A stretch of 58,408 bases of DNA, counting the filler, from Dugesia japonica (lineage: Eukaryota): the NCBI GenBank assembly GCA_001938525.1. It is 6 parts of 6 records of this genome, joined end to end, with 100 filler letters (N's around TTAATTAATTAA, not from the genome) between each part and the next. Parts side by side here need not be neighbours in the genome. Positions count along the whole stretch, not along the records: positions 17,577 to 29,137 come from MQRL01594293.1; positions 29,238 to 38,144 come from MQRL01617457.1; 4 more parts are not named here. One strand, 5' to 3'. This document shows, piece by piece, positions 23,467 to 35,739 of the stretch. Under the pieces are notes generated by a model. It saw nothing but the letters and a program-made list of their open reading frames with translations, searched no databases and was not told where the DNA came from. How positions within the stretch are numbered: the stretch's first letter is position 1; each line of letters opens with the position of its first letter. The position numbers and the translations under genes are program-made.

Positions 23467-25269
23467 AGCTTTCTTATAAAGAATTGATTTAATTTATGAT
23501 TATCATATATTAATAAAAATGACACCAGAGAAATAAGAGCCAAAAGAAATCGAAATTGTAAACACAAGACGGGATTCAACATAGCCGCACAAATTTCTGT
23601 GGTTATTAGGTATCATCCCAGACATCGAATTAAATCGGAATTACGAAGTTTCGACCAGGAGAGAAGTAATCAGATTAACATCAAAAGCCTAGTAACCCAA
23701 CACATTTAACAAAAGATTCTAATTAAAACAAATTTCATCTACACACAACTAAACAAACAAACGCTCTTACTGCTAAAATCTTTATTAATAATAAAATAAA
23801 ATTTAATTATTCAACAACCAGATTATATAAAAAAATCCTCAATAATGTCGTGTACAACAAAAGGAAATCAGGAGAAACGACACACTATACTTATCTTTCG
23901 TAGCTTGAACTCAACCCAACTTTTATTACATTAAGCTCTCACTTCCTTTGTCTCACTATTATTTTATTGAATTGCTACCTTATACTTATAAATTATTTTA
24001 AGTTTTGTAGAAATAACTTTTCACCACTTTAAATCATTGTTATATTATAGGAGCAGTCTAATCATTTTAAACCAGTTTCGTTTAATCGAAATACGGTCAT
24101 CATTTGTTGAACTAATATCATTTTGTAAAAATACTCCTTTAAAGTTTTAAATCAGTATAATTTAGTTTAAGTTAACAAATAGCATCTTTCACAGTATATA
24201 ATAATCTTTCATAATCTAAATTTTATTAATTCAATTTTCCGTAGTTAAAAAGAATCATTTTTCATAATTTAACATTCAATAAATTCAATCTTAATTTAAA
24301 AATAATCTTTCGTAATTTAAAATTCATTACATGTTAGCCGAATTTGATGTTAATGATTTAGACCTTGATTTCAGTCATTAGAAATTAATTGTCCCGTAAG
24401 TTACAAATTAATACACCCAATATTGAATTAGTCTTGCTGTATTAATAGACGATCTATCGAGTGGAATTTTGCAGATCATGCACAAGCTGCATTACGCGTT
24501 TGTAATTTAAATGGAGATTATTATAAGATATTCAAACAAATTATTATATTATTACCAAAAAAATGAAAGCTGCCTTATGTAACCTTAATTTTTATTATTT
24601 CTACAATTTTTCAACCTTTCTAAACTACCTTTAATATATTTTTTGTCCCATGCACTCGTAAATTAAAAATGAATTAGTTATTTAATCTTTAACCATAGAT
24701 CTGTATTTTATCAAAAAAGTTTTCCAATGCAAAGATCAAAATTGTTTTTTTCTATTTTATTAGATTGTTCAATATTTTGACATAATTTTTAACAGGTACA
24801 ATCCTCGAAATATTAAATATAAAAAACACAATTTTTTTGGGATTTCCAACTAAAATGCTAGTTTATATAGTCTGACTCCTTGAATTCAGGTAAACGTCTG
24901 AAGTTTATAATTAATTCAAAATCGTTCATCAATAATATAAAATAAAATTGTGTAAAATTCTGAAATCACAAATCATTTTTTAGCCAAATTTTCTATACAA
25001 CAATAAAAGTTTTAATAAAATTGTTACATAAAAAATCAAGTTACACAAAATATATTCAAATAATTTTGTTTAATTAAATTAATATATTTTTCCTTTAACG
25101 GACCATTTTAAATTTATTATCATTATTATTACTACTATTATTTTATGTTAAAAATTGTTACATTTAAGATGAAAATGGCACACTAACCGGACAATCACTA
25201 TGCTGTATGTATTATTATTTCTTTAATTTTTAGATAATTGATTTTTTAAATTTTTATTAATTATAATTT

Positions 25270-25324
25270 CACGTCGGTAACTACTGCCGTTACCCTGATG
25301 ATGGCCATGGCAGGCCGAAACGTG
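25270..25324 (+). ncRNA. Type III hammerhead ribozyme
   Basis: CACGU-C | GGUAAC-UACUGCC-GUUACC | CUGAUGA-U | GGCC-AUGGCA-GGCC | GAA-ACGUG. Full core, three perfect stems, GUC cleavage triplet ending at 25275. Confidence 0.85.
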
Positions 25325-27704
25325 CAGCAACAATTGGATTTGTTTTGTTATTTTGGGTGAGTTGACTTTAATTTTCATTTAACATTTCAATTTGTAACTA
25401 ATATATTTGTGATTAATATAATAATATTGATATTTAAGATTATAATAACTTACAACTCAAACTATATAATTATTCTCACACAAATCATTTAACTATTAAT
25501 CGATTTAATTTACGTTAAATAACCTCACAAATTGCAACTATTGTTAATCGAAATTACCGAATTAAAATCTCAAAAAAAGAAATTGTAGAAAAATTGAGAA
25601 TGAAAATTTAATTTGTTACTTTGGTGTTTGATGAAAATTGTGATTAGAGATATAAATTTTGATGTAATTATTGTAATATAATAATTTATAATTAATATAT
25701 TTATTTATATTTAAATTTTACAATTTAATAATTAAGTGGTAAAATTTGAAGTATACACTATTGCCGCAGATGTAATCTTTCGAAAAACATTAATCTGAAA
25801 CGTGTTTTGTGACTTGTTTATGATCTTTACGCAATATTAAATTCTTGAAATACAACTGTTAGTTGCATATTCAAAATTTTGATCTTAATTTGTTTAGCAT
25901 GAAAATTGATGAAGTATTATAGATATTATTTTCGCGATTTAAATTTGAAGATTAAGCTTTTTAATAATCAATTTAGAAATATAAATTTAAGTTAAACAAT
26001 AATCGTAACATAATCATTATATTTACTTTAAATCGTTTTTAATGCTTATTATACAAACGTTTATAACATTACATTGCTTTCTATTCAGTTATAAAATGAA
26101 CCTATTTTTCTTAAATTCAGAATTATGGAATGTAATATTTCTTAAAATAATAACTAATTTAGTTAGGTGTCAACTGGAAATATCGGGTAAACCTAGATTG
26201 AAATGTTTCTTTAAAAAGACGTTTTCTACTAATGAAAATTAAAACTGCATTCTTTAAATTCCAAAACTAATTTATATTAATTACTTACTTTAATAAGTAG
26301 TTTATTGTTCATTTTAGTATTTATTGTATCTCGATTTATTATTTCGAGATACATCAAAAGTAATCAAGTGAATATTAATAGAGATATATTAGTGATTCAC
26401 AAATTTAGTTTTTCCACGTAAGGAGTAAAATTTACGTGTNNNNNNNNNNNNNNNNNNNNNNNNNNNNNNNNNNNNNNNNNNNNNNNNNNNNNNNNNNNNN
26501 NNNNNNNNNNNNNNNNNNNNNNNNNNNNNNNAATTTTTTTTCCAATTATTATCTGAATTCAAACAACCTTTTATTAATTACAAAATTAAACTAAACTAAA
26601 AAAAATACTGATTAACACATTCGCTACAGACCACATGGTTTGCTCCAACTAACCAATGACTAAAATATAGAGGCATATTTAATCTATTATTTATCGGTGA
26701 AGTCTATTGCAACTGAATACATATTAAGTAGTAAAGCTATGGCTCATACTTGAGACATCAAAATCCTATTTTGGCTAAATCAAACCGGATTTCATATTGG
26801 AATCAGTTTTGTGATCAAGTACAAAAATATTTTGGGTCTATAGAAAANAATGTCATTTTACACTTCGATGGCGAACGTTTTGAGCACCTTTATAAATCTT
26901 CGTCACAAAATGATCAATAAAAATTAATAACAAATAAATGCTCATGAAAGATACTTTCCTTAACTTTTAAAACCAACAATAAAAGAAACAAAATAATAAT
27001 GTTGGGACAGACCACAACCTATATTGAAATTCATGATCTTAATGCTAATTAAATAAACAGAACCCGAAGAAAAATGACAATAATTAACAACAAATGGATA
27101 TTATTCCCGAATAGACAATAAATAAATAAAGGTTGAAACAAATTTCTACGTAAGCCATGGTGTTATTCCACCAAAAATAAGGAAAAACAATTACATCGAA
27201 CAATACCCAAAATTAACTAGAACTTTCCAAATAGAAGAATTCTTTTCATAGAAATTCCATAGTTTTATATTCTATAGCAAACTTTAGAAAAGGAGGAATT
27301 TCACTGAGAGCGAAACTTTTATTTATTTTAAGACTGCGGGAAAATAAAAAATAAATCGAGAAAATGATCGATTAAAACAATAAAATAGGCGAATAAACCA
27401 ATGAACAAGCCCCTTACTCGGGAAAAACAAGTATAAATGTGACCNACAAATCCAACAAAAATACCTATAATCATAATCGTCTTTGTTACCAAGTCAATGT
27501 TTTTGAAAAATAACTAGGCGAATAATAATCACCAAAATTCGAAATTCTAAGTGACAAACTCTAATTGCAGTAATTACCAAGTCCACTGAAGCAATTATCA
27601 ACCAGATTCAAATAATCAGCCTTGTCTCTAGAAAATTGCACTCAAATCCGATCAATTAATCGAATTCAGGAGCAGTAGATCGAGTTACTATTTATTGCAG
27701 TCAT

Positions 27705-27930
27705 CATTGGAACTTTCCATTTCAAATTATTAACTGAGAAATAACTATCACAATTACTCTTAGAGAATATCTAGTCAAGCAAATCAGCAATTATCGAAAC
27801 TTTCAATCTCAAATTTCCAACAGAATAATAATTACAACAATTACGCCCAGAGAATCTCATAACAGACAATCCAATAATTATTGGAACTTTCAATCCCAAA
27901 TTGTCAACTGAGAAATAATTACCAACTACT
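27705..27930 (+). repeat. Three degenerate ~87-bp tandem units
   Basis: GAACTTTC(C/A)AT..CAAATT..(C/T)AAC.GAGAAATAA.TA recurring at ~27710, ~27797 and ~27883. Confidence 0.6.
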
Positions 27931-28741
27931 TCTAGCGAATTTCTCCTAGCTAGTAGAATAAATTATCTCAGGAATCCACTCTATTTGGCGATAAATAGTA
28001 TTTAAACGACATTGTTTACCGAGTCAAGATTCATTTTAGATAGACATTCATTCTCGATAGTNNNNNNNNNNNNNNNNNNNNNNNNNNNNNNNNNNNNNNN
28101 NNNNNNNNNNNNNNNNNNNNNNNNNNNNNNNNNNNNNNNNNNNNNNNNNNNNNNNNNNNNNNNNNNNNNNNNNNNNNNNNNNNNNNNNNNNNNNNNNNNN
28201 NNNNNNNNNNNNNNNNNNNNNNNNNNNNNNNNNNNNNNNNNAAATATAAAATCAGTTAAATGCAGATTAATATTCCCAAATTTATGTTTTAATTTAAGGG
28301 TAAATTTAAAAATAGTAAAAATTATATATTCTTTGAATTGAAAGACACACAAGAAAATAAGGGTTATCATGAAATGAATTATGTTATAGCAAATGATTTA
28401 TTAGGAAAATTATTCGTCAAAATAAACTACAGTATTAAAATACAATACAGTAGCAATATCTAAATAATTTTTTTAAAATAATAAAAATTCTAAAGAAATA
28501 TTTGTTATAGCAAATGATATCGCCATATCTGAGAAGCTAGTCTTTAGTACAACATTTCATACAAAACAAGGATGATAAATAAAATGCAAGAGACATCACT
28601 GGCTTGTATTATTTAAGTTAACTTCAGAGACAGTTTTAACTTAATAAATCAATAATCATTGCAACAATTTACATATCTAGTTTGATTTTTAAGTCAATTT
28701 TATTTAATATATCAAATTACTTTTTAGGTGGAATATTTGAA

Positions 28742-28900
28742 ATGAATGACAAGAAATTGCATTTTCGACATATTCTATTATGTTATTACCGGAAAGGTAT
28801 GCATACTGCCATCCTAGAAAATTATGTACGGTATATGAAGAAGATACTAATGTCCAATTTGATTATCTAAATTTCGTTCAGGAAATTTCGACCTTCAAGA
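28742..28900 (+). mobile_element. Mariner transposase N-terminal fragment
   Basis: MNDKKLHFRHILLCYYRKG ... KFRSGNFDLQD. Confidence 0.7.
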
Positions 28901-29181
28901 TAAAAATGTAGTTTACTCAGACNGTTTTTTATAAAATATGTNTCATCATTTATTCTGAAAATNAATATCATTGAAATAAAAAAATTTAACTTCATAAATA
29001 TTCATATTTATTATTTGGAACATTTCAACGAAGTAAATTATCAACAATAAACATAGATTAACAATAATTTAAATATGGCACATAAAGTTAATTAATGCCT
29101 CATTTAGAGGATTTTTATTGAAGACTAAAACCACTTTNNNNNNNNNNNNNNNNNNNNNNNNNNNNNNNNNNNNNNNNNNNN

Positions 29182-29193
29182 TTAATTAATTAA
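29182..29193. other. Artificial scaffold-joining linker
   Basis: TTAATTAATTAA between N runs. Confidence 0.95.
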
Positions 29194-29960
29194 NNNNNNN
29201 NNNNNNNNNNNNNNNNNNNNNNNNNNNNNNNNNNNNNAAATTTATTAGTTATACTTTGCGGTAATATGTTTGCTACTTTTGAAATCACACTGGTAACTCC
29301 GTATGTAATGATGACATAACATTTCCAAGTTCAGCTAATGTATTTGATTTCAATGTAAGTAGTATTTTATCATTATTAGCTAGTACATACTGAGCTGTTT
29401 TCATACCAAAAGAACCAATACGTCTAAGAATAGGCAAATCAAATCTCCCTATTGTTCATAACCACCCAGATCCATACTGTTTTCCAAGAAAGTAAGGTAA
29501 TTCTCCACCTGCNTGATTAGTACTATACAATGATACAATATCAGGATTCATTATTAGATCCTGGCGCACTGGAAAAAAGACCCCTCCACTGAGGTAGAAA
29601 ATTTTCAAGATAAGTGTTTTAGTATACTTCAGTCGAATTGGCTGAAATAATATAAGGTCGAATTTTCTAGGTCAGTGGTACAGTATACTCAATTATAATT
29701 GGTGATATATTTCAAGGTCGAATAAATGTAGGTTAAATGAACCTAGGTCAAAATTATTTTCATGGCAGCTATCATCTCGGCAGACTTCATATTTAAATTC
29801 CCCGCACAAATTTAATATTTAAATTTCCAGGGCATACTTCATATTTAAATTTCCCGCGCAGACTTAATTTTTTTTGTTTTAATGTTTAATTACTTTTGTT
29901 TAAATTAATTGATTTTTATCGCTAGTTTAAATTTACTGATTTATGAGATTTTTATTTAAA

Positions 29961-30141
29961 ATGAGTGATTATTATGTAATTTTCAAAGAAAATCGATGGG
30001 AAAAGAACGCTATTAACACTTGTAAATACAAAAAATAAGAAATTGATGAGGCATGTAATACGAGATAATCAATGTGGTGGCTTTATAGCAACATTACTAC
30101 CAATTTAATTTGCAGCACTAGGATTAACTCCTTTCAAATAA
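29961..30141 (+). pseudogene. Polinton/Maverick small basic ORF remnant with QxGGF motif
   Basis: RKLMRHVIRDNQCGGFIATLLPI resembles QxGGFLxxLL small proteins of Polintons; lies just upstream of the integrase. Confidence 0.5.
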
Positions 30142-30183
30142 ACAATTGTTGGTATTAATTGTTGGCAATTAAATATAGAAGTA

Positions 30184-31455
30184 TTAGGTTGTCACATATG
30201 AAATGTCCGATTTTAGAACTCGTTTTTTAAACTAATATAATTTTATGTATTATTTAACATTTAGAACTTATTTATATATCATTTTGAAGGTGAAATGTTT
30301 GATTATCATTATATAATATTTGTTTCAAAAACCTATTTATTTAAATTATTTTTAGACAGCATGGAACACAAGCTAAACAATACGGAAATGCGAACATTAT
30401 TTTTATATGAATGGAAATTAAAGCACAACCCAACAGAAGCTGCCCAAAAAATTAATTTTGCATTTGGAGAGGGTTCAGCTTATGAAAGCACTCTTCGGAG
30501 ATGGTTCGACAAATTTCAAAAGTGTGATTTAACCCGGGTCAATTTGGAGAGGGGGCGCCCCAGGGTTGTCATTAGCAACGACGATATAAAACGTGAAGTG
30601 GAACTAAACACTAGTCAATCACTATGACAACTTAGTCAAACGTTAGACGTTAGTCATCAAACAATTTCCCGTTATTTGAAAAAAAAGATGGACTAATGGG
30701 TTCCTCATTTATTGAATTATTCCCAAAAATTGCAAAGATTGAAAATTAGCCAAATGCTGCTGGATCGAAATAAATCGGAATCTTTTTTAGATCGCATTGT
30801 CACTTGTGATGAAAATTGGGTTATTCGTCACAATTGTAGACGTTCTGCACAATAGTTAGATGCCGATAAACCTCCATTACACTGTCCTAATCCGGATTTA
30901 AACCCGAAAAAGACAATGATGACAGTTTGGTGGTCTATAGCTGGAGTCATACATTTTTCTTTGTTAGAAGAAGGTCAAACTATTAACTCAGACAAATACT
31001 GTTCTGAAATTGAATTAATGCACAAAANATTATGCATTAAACAGCCATTATTGTTCAATAGGAAAGGAATCATCTTCTTGCATGATAATGCTCAATCACA
31101 TGTGGCAAAGAAGACGTCGCAAAAATTGACAGACTTAAAAATTGAAACTTTACCACATCCACCATATTTGCCCGACTTATCTCCGACAGATTATTATTTT
31201 TTTAAACATTCTGATAATTTTTTGGTTACAAAAATCATTGCTGATCGGGAGGATGTCAAAATGGTCATATCCGAATTCATAGACTCCAGAGAAAAATATT
31301 TATTTGCTAATGGTATTTTGAAACTAGTTTCTAGATGGCAAAAAGGTGTAGAATCTGATGGTGATTATTTTACTTAAATATAATTTGATTTTATTGGACT
31401 TTTATTGATTTTATTGTCTATTACGTAATCGGAAATTTCATATGTGACAACCTAA
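30184..31455 (+). mobile_element. Full-length 1272-bp mariner (Hsmar1/cecropia-like) inserted into the Polinton remnant
   Basis: 29-bp TIRs TTAGGTTGTCACATATGAAAT(G/T)TCCGATT at 30184-30212 and 31427-31455; TA duplication on both sides. Confidence 0.95.
30361..31377 (+). pseudogene. Mariner DD34D transposase with in-frame stops
   Basis: WVPHLL, IVTCDENW, TVWWS, HDNAQSH, YLPDLSPTDYYFF, LVSRWQK; three premature stops. Confidence 0.95.
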
Positions 31456-31545
31456 TAGTACTATTATAAACTCATTCTAAATAAACAATGGGTGGTTTAC
31501 AATCATTACCTAATTTTGATTTAATATTTTCATCAAATTGTTGTA

Positions 31546-32538
31546 ATGGGCAAGCTGAAGAAGATATGAACAGACGCAGAAAATCCCGCAGGTTTTCGTG
31601 GCGTTGAAAAATTGATGAAAGCAGCACAAAAATCAAAATCAATGACCAAAAAGTGGTTATCTAGTCAACTGGCATACAGTTTGAACAAACCAATGTTGAA
31701 AAGATTTCCAACAAGAGCATATAAAATGTTCGGTATTGATGCTTTATGGCAAATAGATATGATGGAGATGATCCCATATTCAAAAATAAATAAAGGATAC
31801 AAATATATTTTGACATGTATTGATGTATTCAGTCGATTTGCAAGAACAATTCCAGTCAAATCAAAATCCGCAAATGATATAGAACCGGCAATTAAATCAA
31901 TGTTTAAAGATGGACATCCAGATAACTTACAAACACAGTTGGGTAAGGAGTTTTACAACTCTAAAGTAAAAAATCTCTTATCACATCTAAAAATAAACCA
32001 TTACACTGTATTCTCTCAGTATAAAGCAGCACATGTAGAGCGATTTAATCGTACATTAAGAGCCGCCTTGAAAAACTACTTTGTGCAAGCCATAAATGTT
32101 TAAATGGAGCAAGACCTCTTGATGTAAGTTCAAACAAAGAATTAACATTATGGTTATCACGTGATCAAAGTAAAGCAAATAAGAAGCCAAAATATAAAGT
32201 CAGTGATCATGTTAGAATCTCAAAAATAAGTGCATCTTCATTCATTAAAAACTTTGATAGTAATTGGAGCGATGAAGTGTTNNNNNNNNNNNNNNNNNNN
32301 NNNNNNNNNNNNNNNNNNNNNNNNNNNNNNNNNNNNNNNNNNNNNNNNNNNNNNNNNNNNNNNNNNNNNNNNNNNNNNNNNNNNNNNNNNNNNNNNNNNN
32401 NNNNNNNNNNNNNNNNNNNNNNNNNNNNNNNNNNNNNNNNNNNNNNNNNNNNNNNNNNNNNNNNNNNNNNNNNATGGATATCAAAAACCTACTTGGATAT
32501 TAGCATCACAGTTAGTTAATAATGAACAACGTGAATAA
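31546..32538 (+). pseudogene. Polinton/Maverick retroviral-like integrase with chromodomain-like end
   Basis: NPAGFRGVEKL, WQIDMMEM, YKYILTCIDVFSRFA, LQTQLGKEF, VERFNRTL, KYKVSDHVRISK, NWSDEV, GYQKPTWI. Confidence 0.92.
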
Positions 32539-32870
32539 TTTTCTATATACTTTTACCTAGTAATAGCTGTCCTTTTATTAATCCGAATAATAATGCTAGC
32601 ATTTTCATGGTTGAGCTTCAAAATCCGATTTATACGGATGGTAGTTGGGAGGTAGCATTGTTAGATTTTACCTTTGTATATCAAACATTTTCATTATATA
32701 GTAAATCTAAAATTCATTACATGAAATAGAAAACCATAACGAAATAAATAACTATAACAATTAATCACAAAGAAAAGTTGTTGAGAGTCAATCAAAATGA
32801 TCATATTGCTATACGTGATAGGACCGTTATACTTATATATTGTGAATGTCCGTATAAAATCATAATTTCA
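32522..32870 (+). pseudogene. Polinton minor capsid protein (PX/penton) N-terminal fragment
   Basis: ILLPSNSCPFINPNNNASIFMVELQNPIYTDGSWEVALLDFTF matches LPSNS..NN..F.V.L..PI.L.G.WEVAL. Confidence 0.75.
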
Positions 32871-32904
32871 ACAGTTCAGTGCTAAATCAATAGCAAATAA
32901 TAAT

Positions 32905-34313
32905 TTGGATCCATTAAATTTTTTTGGAATCCCGGGTATCAGTTGGGCATCGGCATTGATGTCATCAAAAGAGCCTATTGAACTGTTGATGGACAATGAT
33001 ATGTATGCCTTTTTCGAAGGTGGTATACGCGGCGGTCTAACATTTGTAAATAAGCACTATGTTGCCTCCGATGAAAAACAGAATTATTTTATATGGATAT
33101 CAACAATCTATATGGATGGGCGCTAAGTCAAAACTTGCTCTATGCTGATTTGGAGTGGGTTTATACTGGATTAGAAGATATTATGGATGAATGTAAATCA
33201 GCAGACTTGGAGTCACTACCATATGGATTCATATTGGAGGTGGACATGGTTATTCCAGCCGAGATATAAAATAAATTGAACGATTTACCTGTTGCAGCAG
33301 AACATCAATGTCCTCCAGGGTCAAAAGTAAAGAAATTATTACTGACTCATTACCCGAAAATTAATTATGTTATACGCTGGAGGCTGCTGCAAATATACAT
33401 ACAATTGGGAGTACAGGTAACTAAGGTTCATAGAGCAGTCAAATTCAAGCAAATTGCGATTTTTGAAGATAATATTAAAAATAATACAGTACTGAGATCA
33501 CAATGTACAACAGAATTGGAGAAAAATTATTATAAGCTATTAAATAATAGTCTGTACGGTAAGTCTGTAGAGAATTTGAAGAAAAGAATAAATTTGCGCT
33601 TGTGCAATTCAAANNNNNNGCTGATGACATATACGTCAAAAGCTAGTTTTAGGAAAACTATAAAAATAGATCAGGACCTAATAGCTGTTCTTCTCAACAA
33701 GGCTATTGTATGTTTGGATCGACCGAGCTACATCGGATAGACTGTACTGGACCTATCAAAACTCCGTATGTATCAATTACAATACAATCAGTTGGAAAAG
33801 TATAGGATAGAAGAAAATTGTACAATAACTATTGTAGCCGGCGATACGAATAGTTTTTTCCTTGAGGTTGTAAAAATTAGTTTGGAAAAACTAACCAGAT
33901 TAATTGTGAGAGATCAGTTATTGGATACATCTAATTATAGCACAAGCCATTCTCTTTACTCAAATGATTTAAACAGTGCCATCGGAAAATTCAAGGATGA
34001 GAGTAAAGAGAAGAAATATAAATAGTGAATATTTTAAAGGCCTAAATGTTATACCCTACTTAGCGATAAGGAATCCTGTAAAGCTAAGGGCATAACATTA
34101 AAAAATAGCGGCATTACACATCAGTCATATATTAACTGTTACAATAATAATGAGGCTGTCATTGTAGATCAGTTTCAAATATCCACTCGTAATCATCAGC
34201 TCTACAGTATGAAAAGTAAAAAGATAACTCTATCCAATAGGGAGGATAAAAGAATGTGGATAGAGAATAATAAAGGTATACCGTACGGACACCATAAATA
34301 TATAAATAAATAA
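32905..34313 (+). pseudogene. Polinton protein-primed family B DNA polymerase, C-terminal part
   Basis: PGISWASAL, GIRGG, YMDINNLYGWAL, KLLNNSLYGKSVEN, AGDTNSFF, GKFKDE, KAKGI, DKRMW..PYGH. Confidence 0.93.
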
Positions 34314-34377
34314 AAAATATATATATGTAGTACTTTTTCCTATTTGTGATCTCAGTCCAACAGAAGCTTGTGTCAAG

Positions 34378-34685
34378 ATGGTAAGTATTTATTTATTTTT
34401 ATGTTGTAAATAATTAACACTTTTTTCTATAGTATATATACATTGTTGCTGCTGATCCAGATAGTTTACTGCTGCTACAAATCAAGTTGATCCGTATTGG
34501 TATACTTTTATTATTTATAAATATTAAGTACAATTTCGTTTTACAGTTTATATTGCTGCTCATTCCGCTTCTACCTTAAGAAAATTGATCCGTATCGGCA
34601 ATGAATTATTTTTATTGTAAATTTTATTAAACAATTTTTCATTGTAGTATATTTTCAATCAACAACAAAAGAAAAGAATTTTTGA
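34378..34685 (+). CDS. Putative four-exon micro-gene (~52 aa) downstream of pPolB
   Basis: ATG|GTAAGT; introns 34381-34432, 34500-34546 and 34598-34647 (GC donor); frame stays open to TGA at 34683-34685. Confidence 0.4.
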
Positions 34686-35739
34686 AAAGTAAGAAGATAT
34701 TTAAGAAAAAGCCAGAGAAAATTGTGAACGAATAACAGCCCTCTTTATGGCTACAATTGTTGATTGACAATCCTCGTTGGGATCTATTTTGTTTTTTTTA
34801 TTAATATTATTTATTAGTTTTTATTTATTCAATTTAGTTAACTTTCAATAAGTTTCAGTATTTTTATTTAATCAGTTTTTATTTTTAGCTAGTTTTAAGT
34901 TTAGTGGTTTTATTTTGTTTTAGTTAGTTATAGTTAATTTTAATCAGTTTTTGTTTGAATTAGAGTTTTTTTAAAGTTTAACTTACAACAGGAACACGCA
35001 GTAATAAACAAAAGGAATGCAAGTAAACAAGGGCAAAAACAATAAGGATGCAATGAGNCAAAGCAACTATTATAAACATATTGAAACAAAAATAAATATA
35101 TACAATGAATATAGATACTATTATAGAAGATATTGTAGATTATATAGATGAAAATTATCCAACTATAAATTTTTTCAATGAAATTATAAAAGGTATTTAT
35201 TAATAAAAAATTAAAAAAATATATTTTTAAGATTTATTAAACAATAAATTCACCGCAGTATACTTGCTCGTGATTAAACGTGTTACATTCTAAATCTAAA
35301 TAAATTTAAATATGAAATAAAAACAAAATAAGTTACCTTTTCTATTAATAGTACATTTATGTTGCTTTCCCAATGCAAATGATAACGATTGTATTTTTAT
35401 CATCAACTGTATATCTTTGATTACTTCCGGACTCTTACAATTTAGATCCATGCTGAGAGCTTTTGTTACTTTAATCTTGTCTTCTTCAAAAATTTTATTT
35501 CCAAAGGTAGGAGGATTTAGCTTGAAAAGAATTTACCAAATTATTCATTAAAAAAGATATATTTTCTAATTTCTGGTTAAATTCAAGTTTTTCATTACAT
35601 TTTTCATTTTTAAGTATTACTAAGCCATCCAAGAATTGGTCAAAGGGACTCATTATACTCAATTCAGTTTGATTGAAATTTTTCCAAGGTCAAAGTGGCT
35701 CATTATACTCGATTCTGATTGGCTGAAACATTCCAATCT

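Larger units (their letters stand above)
18954..23702 (+). mobile_element. TG...CA-bounded 4749-bp element, copy B (giant solo-LTR-like or non-autonomous integrase-mobilised element), TSD CATT
   Basis: TGTTGGGCTGAAACAG at 18954, CCCAACA at 23696-23702, CATT at 18950-18953 and 23703-23706. Internal homology to 54350-58335 and 35740-37580. Confidence 0.8.
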
